Below, in pieces: positions 47,028 through 61,521 of a DNA stretch of 64,000 nt. Under the pieces are notes generated by a model, which had not been told where the DNA came from, did no database searches, and saw nothing but the letters and a program-made list of their open reading frames with translations. A program made the position numbers and the translations under genes. The stretch covers positions 186,001-250,000 of the forward strand of contig JAHLTZ010000033.1 in NCBI GenBank assembly GCA_025786725.1, given 5' to 3'. The stretch's first letter is position 1; each line of letters starts with the position of its first letter. This stretch comes from Syncephalis fuscata S228 (Eukaryota > Fungi > Zoopagomycota).

Positions 47028-48621
47028 ATGACGGTCGAGCAAGAACCTAACCTGCATCCTAATATTGAAGCAGCAATTGCCAAAAAGCTAGCAAAAAACA
47101 GCTTTATAAATCTTGATGCATCTTCGGTAACTTGCAACGATGATGAAATTCATCCTGGACGAAAGCCCCAAGCAAAAGGCCTACGACGCTACCTCCATCT
47201 AGTGATATTTCATGTCACATTTGCCCTATCACTGGTGATTGAATATTCTATTGTACCGATAAGCTGGCTGTTAACCCATCCGGCACTATCTTCCATTGTA
47301 CGATTTAATGTACTGCACACACTAAGAACTATTGGCAAAAATATGATGAATCTTTATTTCATGTTTCTAAATCAAGTTTTAACTCAAATACCCATATATA
47401 TGACTGTGGAAGGCATGGAATTGGACGAGGTTTTTAAAAGTCGTCCAGTTATCAAGTATGGAGATATTAAATTACCAGGACGATTTGTTATCATAGGCAA
47501 TCATCAGGTAAAATACACACGATCTCACACACATGTAACTTATTTTCCATATAAAGCTTGGTACGGATTTCATGTTTCTATGGTTAGTTACTCTAATTAA
47601 TAATAAATTCAAATTAATATTTATGCTTTAGGACTTTTGTATATTATGGAAAGCGTATTGGTGCTATAATGGGATTATTGCTAGAAGATATAAAACATGT
47701 TCCGTTTTTTGGATGGTAGGTTTAAAGATATTTGAAACAAGCTATTTATTTATTTGTTATTGTTATTATATTGTTTAATTATACATTCTGGATAGGGTAA
47801 TTTATCATAAAATAGGTTGATAATAATAATGAATACATTTATACTGTAATATTAGATACTGGAATATTTCGATTTTGTATATTTACACCGGAATTGGCGT
47901 CTTGATAGTGAGCGATTAAAGACGAGAATGAACGAATTGGCCACGGGATGGGAGCGTGAAAAGGATCTAGCTCTATTCCTATTTCCAGAAGGTGTTTTAA
48001 TTAACGAGAAACGCCGAGTCATAACACGAGAATTTGCTATGAAAAATAACATTGTAAGTTACCTTTTTTAAATTAATGATTAATTAACTAAAAGCGAATA
48101 ATAATAATAATAATAATAATAATAACTAGACCAATATACCAAAACATACACTATTGCCAAGAGTCACTGGTCTATACACAATACTGGATAATCTACGCGA
48201 TTCTAATGTCGACTATATTTACGACGTGACACTAGGTTTTGAGGGACTTTCGTCTAGCGAAACACCAAGCGAAGTGTATAGCGTATCGTCGCAATATTGG
48301 TATGGCGGTCATCCAAAAGGTGTTCATATGCGTATTCGTCGCTGGCACATCCCAACTGAGGTACCACTCGATGCTGGACAGGAAGTATTCGGCCAATGGT
48401 TACTCGATCGCTGGATGGAAAAGGATGAAATGCTAAAACGATTCTACACGACCGGCAGTATGGCCATTGGTGCAACACCAGAGGAACGACAGGCAGAAAC
48501 CATTATATGTCCCTCACATGCTCGCTCTTACCTTATTGAATCTATTCCTTTCGTTGTTCTTACTACACTCTACAGTGCAGTTATTTGGGGATCATGGAAG
48601 TTTTTGATGCTATGGTTCTAA
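47028..48621 (+). CDS. Lysophospholipid acyltransferase (PlsC family, LCLAT1/CST26-like), multi-exon
   Basis: IIGNHQ, HVPFFGW, FVYLHRNWRLD, LFLFPEG, LLPRVTGL...IYDVTLGF, WLLDRWMEKDEML. Confidence 0.85.
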
Positions 48622-48865
48622 TAAAGAGACACATACGCACATGTTAGCTAATAGCACAGACAATGGCTACTAGTACTATTTGATATGTTACATATACAAT
48701 CTAATACACGATCGTTTCTGTTAAGACACAATTACTTTGCCATTAACATATAGTTAGAGTGTGCATCAGTATTTTATTTAACTAGCAAGTAGAAGAGTTG
48801 CTTGGTGGTCAGGAGTATTTTCTAGATCGGCACTGCATAAGTGTCTTAGCTTGGAGCAGTCCAAG

Positions 48866-50752
48866 TTATGCCTTGACCTTCATCGTGCGAACAACACGAG
48901 AAATAATTTCTTCAACACGCTCACGTACAAACATACGTCCAGACCATTCACGCACCAGAATACTCACAACATCTTGAGCCGAGAGACGGAACGCTGAAGC
49001 ACCGGAACCATGTCCAAGTACCAATTGGCGTACATCCTTTTCGGTAGGTAGGGCATGTCGAGAGTATGGATATTGAGTGTAGTCACGCTTATTCATCAGT
49101 TCAAGTTGCGATGAGGCTTGATCTTCAAAATAGCGCTGTTTAATAGAATCCAGGTTTAAATCTTTCACGCTAGATGGTGACCAAACAGATGGGCGTTTCT
49201 CCACCAATAATGATGTTACTCCTTCGTAAAAATCGGCATCGGACTAATATTAAAATAGCAATTACATGATATTTGTTATCAACTGTTCCGGTGTACTATC
49301 TAATACTTACCAAGAACTTTTGAACCAAATCATACTCGCTTTTAAATACGGCAGCAATGCTCATAGTACGAGCAGCTCTTAGTTGCGTAAGAGTAACCTA
49401 ATAGACATAGAATTAAAGTGATGTCAATAATAAGCCATTATTGGTATTTATATTCTCCACTCACCTGCATACTAGTTGGGACATTTTGCTTAATGTTTCG
49501 AGTGTTTTCTTTGCCCATTCACCGCCTTCTTTCTCCAATGCTGTAAATATTTCTTGAACTGTATTAAACTTGAAACAACTATTGATAGTGTTAGTAATTA
49601 TTGATAAACTTATAATTTAATAAGCAATTACTAACCGATCAATGGCTGCACGGTGTGGTCCAAGAGAATAGGTGGCCTTGGTAGGTTCAGCCGAGAATTC
49701 TTCAATAGCCATATTAATAACATCAAAGTCTTCACTTTCCAATTCATTCAATCGTTCCTCCAATGCCGGTAGTCGATGGGATAACACGTAATGCGTGCCA
49801 ATACCTGCATAACTATTCATTTTTATTTAATTGTTTAAATATACCGCCTATTTAATGCCACTACTACTTACAGTACATCCTCGCCCACCAATCGATTACC
49901 AGTCAGTGCCAAATAGGTACCGGTTTCACCATCCATACGCGGCAAGAAGAAAGAACCGCCTACATCTGGGAAGAAACCAATGCTGTTTCTGGCATGGCAA
50001 ACACCGTCTTTTCTGTGGCTACTCTAAATGGAGCATGTACCGATAGACCAACACCACCACCCACTAAGTATATGTCAGTATTCGTTGAGTTGTCCTATAT
50101 CTAATTAATAACCTACTGGTATAGCCGTTTATTAAAGCCACATATGGTTTCTTAAGTGTAGCAATTAAATGATTTAGCCTGTATTCTTCCTTGAAAAAGG
50201 TCAACGCATTTGCATCATTTGCTTTGGCCTTTTCAATCACCGCTATTAATTATTATTGATATAATTGCCCAGTAGTGTTTATTAGTACATTGAATCTATT
50301 TTATTAGTACCGCTTACTTTTAACATCACCGCCTGAACAGAATGATTTTGGATGGTCGGATTTAATCATAATAACCTTGCATAAATCTGATTGATCCCAT
50401 GCCTGTATTTAAATAAACATTTACATTATTGTATTTGTATGTGCATTATGTTATTTACCTCTAGTTGTGGTGTCATGGTGCGCACCATCGATAAATTAAG
50501 CGCATTTAATGCTTTGGGTCGATTAAGAATAAATGTACGGCCACCATACGCTTTATGCTGTAGGACCTCCGGCTATAAAGTAGTGTTAGATTACTGGTAG
50601 TCAACACAGAGAACCACACGACTACTCACGCCAGATTGGTTGGGTGGTTGTGCGGTCATAGGTGTAGTGGATAGTTGACGGGCCAGTATATTTAGACGCG
50701 TCCTAGCAATGGATGCCTCTCGCGGTAAAGTCGAATAAGCAGAACGGAACAT
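48866..50752 (-). CDS. EHD3: Mitochondrial 3-hydroxyisobutyryl-CoA hydrolase, multi-exon
   Basis: Arg-rich presequence, [66 protein letters not shown]-x-W-x-P. Confidence 0.9.
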
Positions 50753-51038
50753 GAGAATAAATGTCTACTATGACAGTAATAATAGGAGAGTCGTAGCAGC
50801 AACCGTAGAGTAAAAGTAAACGACAATCAATCGAGGACACAGTGCTTTTAAAAAAACCAGGCGACAACAAGTGTAAATAGGTGAAAAGAAGGAAAGGAAA
50901 ACAATTTAATAAGATATAGATTTGCATGTATTCTAGCTTATATCTTTACTATTACCTAGAGAACATATATATATATATATAGTCAACGCATTTAATTCTA
51001 TGTAGTGCGGCACTCTATTCGCTTTGTTTTCAATACCT

Positions 51039-53373
51039 ATGGACTATTATCGGATTGTACTCGAACTGCATAGCGATACACTGGCCCGATTACAGTCTAG
51101 TCACACACCAGCCGACACACCGATTCAACTGTTTGATAGTAACTGGCCCGACGATACCGATAATCTGCCAGTAGATTCAACAGTGTTAAGTTCTAGTAAA
51201 GTAGCAGATTCGCAACTCCATACGATCGACGTGAGATACGGGCCTATATTTGTAGATTGGTTTGATTTTTCTATGCAGTCGGCGGAACAGCAAAAGGATA
51301 CGGAGGGTTCAAGTACTTGTGAAATTACTGACTCGACCACAACCGTGCCGTTTATTTTAGGCTGTACACGCTTGGAACAAGGTGTTATACACTTGTATCG
51401 CGGTCTATCATCTAATAGGGAACGTGTAGAAGATGGTCAACATGAATCAAGTACAGCTGGTGGTGGCGGTAGTGGTAGTAATACACCATTAAATGGAAGT
51501 GTTGATGATACATTAGTCAGTCTATTAGCCGTACCAACTCATATGACACCGGCAGATTTATTGGCATTTCTTGGCAGTGCTATTGAGGATATAGCACATA
51601 TACGTTTACTTAGGTAGGTGGATATAGGCACAATAGATAGATACTAATGTTGCTATTATCGATTAGAGATGTATTTCCTCACCGCTATATTGCTTTATTA
51701 AAGTTTAAACAGGCATCTATGGCGACTGAATTTATTGCAGAATATCATGGTCGTCCATTTAGTGCGTTGGAAGTAAGTGGCATTATTAATAGCTTTTACT
51801 GAATTGTTAATACTAAATTCAAACTTAATCATATAGCCCGAGATATGTCAAGCAATAAGAGTAGCATCGGTACAACTGGTTGCTGCAGTTGATCCAAGTC
51901 AGATAGATAGACCTTCATGTATATCACTTCAGCTTGATATGAATGTTACAGGAAGTGACAGCCATGACGAGGTAAGTATTTGTAATATCTATTATTCTAG
52001 CTGTAAACATTACTATTTAGATAACGCTACGAGAGTTGCCTACTTGTCCAGTATGTTTGGAAAGAATGGACTCGCGTATTACTGGTCTGGTTACAATTGT
52101 TTGTCAGCATACATTCCACTGTCAATGTTTGAGTCAATGGGGAGATTCTCGGTAATGAAATGCTTACTATAATACATGTATTCTAAACCATAAGCTATAT
52201 CATTAGATGTCCAGTGTGTCGATATAGTCATTTAACATTTAAAGGCCAGTCAGAAGGAGAAGATAGTGGATCAGCAAACGACACACATTCTACGACGAGT
52301 CAATGTGCAGCTTGTGGTAATCGATCCAACCTTTGGATATGTCTAGTTTGTGGACACATTGGATGTGGTCGGTATGTTACTAGTATAAGATGTGACATAG
52401 AACACTGCTAACTATGGTTATTAGATATGCACAAGGACATGCTAGAGAACATTATGAACAGACGATACATTGTTATGCGCTTGAGCTAGAGACACAAAGA
52501 GTATGGGATTATGCCGGTGATGGGCAAGTATAACAAGTTGTATTGAAGCTTAAAGGCTAATCAAATACATTTTATCCTAACTATTAGGTATGTACATCGT
52601 TTAATTCAGAATAAGCTGGATGGAAAGTTGGTAGAATTGCCCGATGATACAGGCGATACTATATTTGATAGTAGAAATCCCATGAATAATCGTTGGACAT
52701 CTACATCTACCTTGCCTCAAGTAAGTAGATTGATTAGCTATTTAGCTACAATATATGCTATGCCATTATACTAATTGTCTGTAATCATAGTCAAAAATGG
52801 ATATTATGGCATCCGAATATACTCATCTACTTACGGCTCAATTGGACTCGCAAAGACAGCATTATGAGGTGGAATTGAATGCAGCCTACGAGAAGATTGT
52901 TCATTTACAAGGAGAATTGGAAAAGATAAGCCCCAAGGCAGCAATGACCGATTCTATGTATAAAGATATCCAACGACTCGAGTCGGAACTGACAACGACG
53001 CAAAAAGAAAAGCTGGCTACCGATAGAAAGTCTGAAAAGCTTGAAAAGCGTTTAAATACACTGGAACGGCTATGGGAAGAAGAGCGACAAGTAAGTTTAA
53101 CGAAATAGCGTTAGCTTTATTTATTTATTTTGCTAGATGAACGATGGCATACGAGCGAATCAAGAGGCAGCGCAAAAAGCTACAGAAGAACGTGATAAGG
53201 AAATAACTGATTTACGTGATCAAGTACGCGATTTAATGTTTTTTATGACGGCTCGTGATAAAATCGAACAGGGCGAGCTGGGCGAGGAGTTAAAAGAAGG
53301 ATCTGTACAAGCAATAGCACCATCAACAGCATCAAGCCAGCGCAGTAGTAAAGGAAGGCGTCGTCGTAAATAA
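51039..53373 (+). CDS. ETP1: BRAP2/ETP1-type RING finger and ZnF-UBP ubiquitin ligase, multi-exon
   Basis: [29 protein letters not shown]...[74 protein letters not shown]. One GC-AG intron at 52524-52587. Confidence 0.93.
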
Positions 53374-56300
53374 ATAACTATTTGATTACTTGTGTTTATT
53401 ATTTAATTAATTGTTTTACAATAATTAAATTGACATTAATGATTTGATGCAGTTTAGTTGGATATCAATAGACAGCTTTCTTACACACAGCAAAACAAAT
53501 GTATAAACACAGATAACGCAGTGAATGGTTTTATTTTATATATTAGAGTGTTTGAAAAAGCAGTAAGTGAGCAAAATAAAATAATTTAAGGCTAAGAAAA
53601 TAAAGATCTATCGTATGATAATGTCATTTATATAAAACAATAATTTGATATTAGTTACTAGTGCCATTTCCAAATAGTCTAATGATAGAAACACACGCCA
53701 TAGACATTTGGCAATGTATATAGTTCAATAATAAATGTATTAAAAGCAAAATCATTTAGAATCCAAAACTAATCATTATCCTATAAATGTTATCAGTAAA
53801 ATATAACAGTAATATTTTTATTTACTGATATGATAGCTTTGGTCATAAATTGCATAAAATACTACTATATTTACTAATATTTTAAAAGGCTGTTCGGTTA
53901 TGTCTTCATGTGTTACGCTATGCTGGTTTTTATACTGACTGCAAAGGTCAACATATTATGTGTTTATTCCTGTTTCCGTTCTATTGACTTAATGGATTCT
54001 GTAATATAGTATAACAAGGTGCATCTTAGTTCTATTTAGTAACATTGAAACTCAATCGGTGAGTTATGTAATATACCATATTTTTAAAAGAAAATAGTCA
54101 TTTTTATTTAATTAATACAGTAATAAATTTGCGTGATTTTATTAACTTAATTGTGTGCAAAATGACAAAACATTTGAAAAAGCTGGCGCATTTGATAGTA
54201 TCGGAATAAACCGCTAGAATGGTAGCACAATTAATTAAGAACAATTGTATTTGACACTTTTTTAAATACATTGGCCAATTGAATCGACTTTACACGGAAA
54301 TATGACCGGCAAATAAAAAACGAAAACAAGCAGATTTGGAAATAAGGAAGGGATTATAATCCGATAAGCTGATGAGATGGCAGCCGTGAGCTAAGATGTT
54401 TCAGTCAGGTGCAATACGCCAATGAACAGTCGCCATGTACTCTTTACCAATATTACCCATTCTAATTGGTAAGTATATTTTGGAGCAAGTTACAAGGTTG
54501 TGCTGATATTATCTTGTTCATTACTTTGCTTTCTCCTGTTTCTAGTTGTTAATGTGCTGTAAACATGTGGTAGCAGTATAAGCATCTGGTCTGGTAGTCA
54601 TATCCAGTGGTGTGGGATCCCTTTCCTGGTTGATCATGAATACTGTGTTTTTACTTGTGGACAGTATTGTGTGTATAGCGCAGTATTGCAGACTGTTGTG
54701 CTATACTGGGATCAGTATTATATGGCCGCCTGTAATAGGCGGTTGTATACTGGTGTAGTGCGGAGACATGTGGAAGTTCGGGGTGTGCAGTATCAATGTT
54801 TAGCAAGTTAAATAGTGTTGCTGCATACTCACCTCACGTGGATGCGGCGACCTGTGATGGGTAGCCATATGCTAGTGTCCATCTGTATTGAACGCGCGCT
54901 GGAGGTGTGTTAATCGTTTTCAACTTGCTAAATGCTATTATTACACACCAGATAGGTGCGAGTCATTAGCGGTAGATGTCTAAATATTACATACTGTTTA
55001 CTTTGGGTATTAACTGAATTGCAGTTAACGCTAGTCTCATCATCTAAAACTCCTGGTTTACTAGTGAATACAACATATTGATGGAGCTTGCTAGGGATTC
55101 TTTTGTGGGACAGCTAGATGATATTTCTACAATTTTTTACAGCGTAGTGAGAACTAGTTGTTACTGTACTCTTTAATAATGCATCAGTATATGACAATTC
55201 GTTGTTTAATTGTAATATGCTGTGATATTTATGTGTTTAATTTCGCACACTAACTACAACTGGGTAAACCAGTAGCCTAGTAGTGCTTATGGATGCGCTT
55301 GAATTATCACAGTATTTTATATCGCTTATTAAGCAGCATTGTCATCTTGACGGTGGTAGTGTAGAGTTATGTGCTTTTGACATATAATACTTATGCCCAA
55401 GTCGTAGTATTGCCAATACTCCAGGTGGACACATAGCTCTATGATCATCGTCCTGATTAACAACTTTTAATATCGCTTTTAGTCTACAATATTTAATAAC
55501 ATATTACAGCAAAAAATGGTTACATCACAGGCCCATCTTAAGCAACATATAAACAACGACCGGCCAAGTGTTTGTTTATTGTCACTACTAAATAATACTG
55601 ACGCATTTTTGTTATAGCTATTCGACCATTGGTACCAGGACGACGAGTGCAATTTGGATACATTTGCCATCGTGTTCCACCATTTTGCATGCAATTTACA
55701 ATACCAATTATTGTCTTTATTGACAGAAGTCACAGCTGCAGTATTATGTACTGCTGCTGGTAATACCTCTTGGTATGGGTTTCCAAATGGAGTATATACC
55801 ATTTGGTTTTCATCCCGCCAAGTGGTGATTGGTATTGTAATTACACATCTGCTAAATGTGCTGGTTTGATTGAAGTGGTGGTAATAAAGTGGGAGGTGGT
55901 AGGACTTATATACATATTTAAATAGAAGACTTTAATAAGTAGCATGTATAGTGTGTTTATTCCAGTAATATAGTATTATAATAATGACTTCATTATTGTT
56001 GTTTATATATTTGCTTATTATATTTACTTGGTTAAAAAGTTATTGATACTTGAATAATTAGAATACAACCAAGTGCATCCGATACAACTATCGCATATTA
56101 TATAGTTTGTTTATAGTTAATTTATTACCTATTTGGTATGACTTGATGGTCAAATGACTACATTTAATAGTATTTGCCTAATTGAACTAGATATTCAACC
56201 TATTGAACATGGAACCGGGCGATGAGTTTTATTAATAATAAAAATATTTACTACTATAGATTTATTATTTAGTATGTATATATTCTTAGTCTACACATAT

Positions 56301-56738
56301 CATTACCACTGTAGATTCACACTGCCATATATCATTATATAAATAGAAAAACAACAGTAAATATAGCCAACACGGTCAGTATGATGACATATGTACACAT
56401 ACAGTAACAGCACAATAGCAAATCGCGCTTTTATATTAATATTGCAAAATTGCTCAGTACTGGTACAGCATTATCTTCTATACCATTGCTATTATAAGTA
56501 TAAAGCAATAATGCATCAAGAATAAATGTCATTTTACCCTTAGAACTACTCATTATTATAGAACATGTATTTAGTATATTAAAAGATCAATTAAAAAATC
56601 AATTAAAAAATAAAAGCCATTTACACCCAAAAAACACTTTTATGTGTTATTATGACATTGCTATATACATGCTTCTAGGCTAGCTCCTCTTTCTATATAG
56701 GATTGTCCATATTATTAAAATAAAGCACTATTCTTATT

Positions 56739-58801
56739 CTAAATATTTATTTGTTCATTTATTTCAGTTGCATTCGCTTCTCGCATGTCATCAAACCAGG
56801 GAGAGTTCAATGCATCTTCCGCTGTAAGCCGTGTGCGCTTGTTAATGTCAAGTAGCTGTTTTATCAGCTCAATAGCTGCGCAATGTTAGCCATTGTTATT
56901 GAATAAATACTTAACTTACCTTCACTGCTTAGTTGATTTTCTTGTTCAAAATCAAGTGGTGTTTGTAATATATTTTTTATATATTTATATGCACTTTGCC
57001 CGCCATCATAAGGACAATGTCCTAATTACAATGTAAAATAGCTAGTTGGTACAATATTTTGCTTTTTGTTCACGCTTACCTAATAGCATCTCATAGAGTA
57101 TCACTCCCAAACTCCACATGTCGATGGGTGTGTCATACCCATGGATACTTAGTGGAGGTGAAGTTAGCTTGTTGTAAATTGTTTGATCTTCCTCAGCTCT
57201 GGCAGCTGCCAGTATATTTTCCCGTAAATGTGCTGATAATATCACCTCGGGCGCTGAATATGGTTTTTTGCCGCAAAAAGCGTATCGCATGTGAGGTCTT
57301 ATAAACTGAGCCATTTTAAAGTCTGTATACACTACTTGAGGGGATTGACAGTCCGCATTTAATAATATATTAGCGGGCTATTTGGTTGTTAGTAATTATG
57401 TTTAATATTAAATAAATAACTAGATTACCCGAATGTCTAATTATACAACAACGTAAACATAATTAATAACTACAATATAACTAAGTAAATCGACTTACCA
57501 CCGTGTGCAACCTTCTCATTATGCAAAAACTAGTACAAAGTTAACATTTTGATTATTAATTATAATGGTGCTTACCACGATACCTTCAAATAACTGTCTA
57601 AAAATATTTTTTACTTCCATTTCTGGAAGTGGGCCACGACGACTAATATATCTGGCCAGACTACCACCAGCCATGTAATCAAGAAATAAGTAGGTTTTAT
57701 TGACAGTAGATTTCTCTTCTATCATAGTTATAAAGTAATTTTGACTTCTTACTGCTTTCAAAATCCCAACCTCCTTTTTAATATATTCGTTATTACGGCC
57801 ATGCTGTAAAACCTTAACAGCAACACGCTGACACTTTTCTAAATCGATTGCTAGGCGCACCGTATTTGAGCGGCCTCTGTTACAAACAATTAATCAATTT
57901 AATCAATTTAATTAATTTAAATACTTACTGGCCAATTCTTTGAGTGGTGAGTTTATACCGTCTACCAATTTGCTGTGATAGTAAAAAATGTGTTATTTTA
58001 ATATCTAATTATATTTATAAACTTACTTGCATATATTCCAACGTATCCTCTTCTGGTATGACGGTGGCGAGCCTAAGTTTATGAACAGTAAATGTTGCTG
58101 CAATACGTGATTAAAAACAATAATAATAAATATTTACTGCTTACTTTTAAAATTAGGTATTTTAATAAAGCACTCTTTTTCATGTTCAATCTTTTGATTC
58201 TGAATTCTTTGACGATCATTGACTAAAATAAACGTTAATAATTTAATTTTTATTACTCATTTAAGCTAACCTACTAAAGTTGGTAATCCAATATTCTAAT
58301 TTAATAGCTATTAATAAAGTTGTTAAATGACTATTTACTTACTGTGCATTCAATAGCTCGATTGCTCTATGTTAATTAATGCTTAATAGTTGCTTACTAT
58401 AGTATATCATGTACTTACTACTGACACTTGAAAGCATACTGGTGGAACACCAGGCTCATTTAACTGATAAGTGCTGTTTGGCATATGATATATTGTTATT
58501 TTGCTGATATATAAAAACTTTGTTATTACTTACCACTGTGGGCCAGCACCAACAGTAAAATCTCGATTGAAAAATATGATTAATTCTAAACACACATTAT
58601 TTAGATACACGTTTTTAAATATTGTTTCAACATACCCTCAAGCTCCTCGCCATATACTTCAATCCAACCAACAGCATTGATGCGTGTTATGGGATTTAAA
58701 ATATCCCAACAGTTTGGAACTTTTGCATAAAAAGCAGTATTGCGTCTTAGTTCACTTGATGGCAAAAAAGCGTTAAAATCTTCTACACGTAAAAAGTTCA
58801 T
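56739..58801 (-). CDS. Divergent Ser/Thr kinase with degenerate N-terminal FHA-like region (Chk2/Rad53/Mek1-like architecture), many small exons
   Basis: IGQGRSNTVRLA, VAVK, HGDIRPANILL (via an 8-nt microexon), DFK, YSAPEV, DMWSLGVILYEML, RLTAEDALNSPWF. The N-terminal exons read FTVGAGPQ and LNEPGVPPVCFQV. Confidence 0.8.
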
Positions 58802-59729
58802 TGTGTTATAATAGCAAATAAAACCTGTGAAAATGAGTAGTTTTTCAAAATAGAAGTATATGTTAAAATCAAGTATTTGTTTAAAAACGAGAATTGAAAG
58901 CAAAATGGTAGCAGTATTTATACGAATGATATAGCTTCAATAAGGTAATACCGAAGATCAATGGTAGGAATGTGTGTGTTACGTACAAAAAGCTTATCAA
59001 ATGTAAAGTATTTTGAAATATAAAGCAATAACACAAGTTCAAGCAGTATTAATAAAATGGGAGCTACTGTACTTTGACTCCCACATTTTTATTTATTTAT
59101 TTTATCACTATAACATGTATAATATTGCATCCAACATTAATTAATTCATGTGTAATTATCAGTACAATAATGTATTAGCTGGTTATTTTTATTATTGCTT
59201 TGATATATATATTGGCATTATGATATTAATTGTTCAAAATACCATTTATTTAGTTAGATTGGCTATAGGGAAAGTGGCTGTTTAATAAATGACATTTATA
59301 ATAATTATATTAATCTTGTTCTTACATCACAAATATGTCCAAAATATAATAGTAAAATATTAAAAAAAATAGAAGAGACCATTCAAATGCAATAATACAT
59401 TGTACATAGACACAATAACAACAACTGCAGAACGACATGGAATTGCAATTATATAACTTCTATTAATATTCAAGCAATCTTTCTACACATGGCCAAAAAC
59501 AGCAATGATCGGCTTAAATATTTCAAAAAATCAAATAGTATGTTATGTCATTTATTTAAACTAATTTATTGACACAGTCTTTATAAAATATAAGCGTTTA
59601 TATTTATATTATTTGTTCTACCAATATAACTCAGTGAACAAACTAAGTGCAATAAGGCAATTTTTATTAATATAAAAGTTGGAACCATATTGACAACGGC
59701 TATAGACATAATATAACTAATATACAATA

Positions 59730-60620
59730 AAATGCTGAACATTATAATGAATATTCAATATTGAACGACAATTAGCTATGTCAAAGTTAATGAGCATATA
59801 TGCATGATCAATGAGCGGAATTAGTTGACATTTATTAATAAGAGTACTAGAACAGAAATAAAAGTAGTTTGGATACAAAAAGACTATGCAAGTATAGAAT
59901 GGTATATAAAATGATAAATGAACGGTGAAAAAGTATATAAAACGATCTCAAAGCTATAGTGCATATAATGCAATAAGGGAATGAGTAAAGTGTAATGGAA
60001 CATATAAACAATGGAATATGTCTAGTATATCATAAAATGATATATAGTAGTGTGGGACAGAATAAGAACAATATAGATTGATAGAAAATATATGTATACT
60101 AGTATATATATATATTGGATAATAAATCTACGATGATGCGTATTTTGGACCCTGATGTGAATTACTCCTAGTTTCATGTTCAGTAGAAAGAAGGTTTAAT
60201 TTAAAAGATGAATATTATCAAATGTAATCATTTGACCACCAAACAAACAATAAATGACTAGTAAATTGTTTAATGTACAAAAAGATTATTTTTATTTAAT
60301 TAATAAATGAGATGATACATACAATAGGATAATAAAAGTCATAAATCAAATGGCATTGTACATAAAAAGCCTATAAACAAATTAAAGTATCGATAGAGTT
60401 ATTCAAGTGGTGGGATATAAAAAAGAATAAACATCAATTGCATAAATAAAGTATAATTATAGAACATGTCAGCAGTAAAACAATGAATGTAGTAGGAATA
60501 ATAGACAACAAACAACAAACAATAAAGACAAATATATTCATAGAACAATGTCATCAGCAAAATAAGAAAAATGAATATTAATGCATAAACAAATGTCATT
60601 ATTATAGAACATGATATTAT
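59730..60620 (+). repeat. Diverged copies of the sequence at about 180-740 (possible decayed gene family)
   Basis: Colinear shared words, e.g. TTTGGATA(C)AAAAAGAC, ATTTATTAATAA, CATA[G/A]AATGATATAT, TGGATAATA[G/A]AT, AATGTA[A/G]TAGGAATAA. Confidence 0.5.
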
Positions 60621-60802
60621 AATTGACAGCTAAACTTTTAAGTATTAGATTCAATATATAAGCTACAGTGTTTATTGAATGCTAAATAAAATACTTGTAA
60701 ACATACCTATTCTAAACTACATCTTTGTATATATGATTAAATAGTGATCCATCAAGAAAGGAAGAAAAAGAGTTAACAAGAAAAATAGTATAAATGATTA
60801 TA

Positions 60803-60985
60803 CCCACCACACCACCTTAGGCTGCCAAAACCGCCAGGTGGTGTGGAATCGGGATGTCATGGCCAGTAAGAATCTTTTTCATATCAGCAAATCAATATAA
60901 AGTGGGAATGACAGACTAGCTGAGTTGCCAGACCATCTCAGCCCAATACAATTACCACCGAAAACGTGGGTTCGCCTAGTGAGAC
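60803..60985. ncRNA. Candidate structured non-coding RNA in a GC-rich island
   Basis: Perfect 11-bp inverted repeat CCACACCACCT (60807-60817) / AGGTGGTGTGG (60836-60846), plus GCTGAG/CTCAGC and CCAC/GTGG stems enclosed by ACTAG/CTAGT. Confidence 0.35.
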
Positions 60986-61521
60986 TTTTTAAATATCGAA
61001 AGTAAGTTTATTTAAATGTTTAAAACTATTACTGATACAATGTTCTGCTATAATCAATTCTATTTTATGCAAATAATAGTGTTATTATATTACGTTAATA
61101 TTTATTATGAATGATCATTTAGACGCAAATTAATCCAATCAACTCGTCAACTATTTAAATTGTTACAATCGATTGCGTAAAAAGATTTACTACCCTGAGG
61201 GGATTAAAGTAGATAGTCAACAAGTAAAGACCTTGCCAAGCATGATAATTCTACTAGCATAAAGCACAGCATTTTATTCGGCGCTTGGCAACACAAAGGC
61301 GAAAATAGCTCGAGTGAGTGTAAATATGTATCACTCACACATGCAAACTTGTTTAGTATGAAATTCGATTGGTTCATGCCTACAGTTATCCATCCAAGAA
61401 AAGCAATGACGTGGCATAAAAAGGCATGCGAGTTTTTACATGCCCACACTTAACCATTATTATTTTTCCCAATTTTTTGTTTCTAGCCTGAATTTTATTC
61501 AATCTATTGTCGATATTCACT

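Noticed and set aside
55640-55745. Possible Zn2Cys6 cluster (CDFC...CTRR) on the minus strand
   Set aside because: Cys spacing needs several stops and frameshifts to fit, so it is not supportable.
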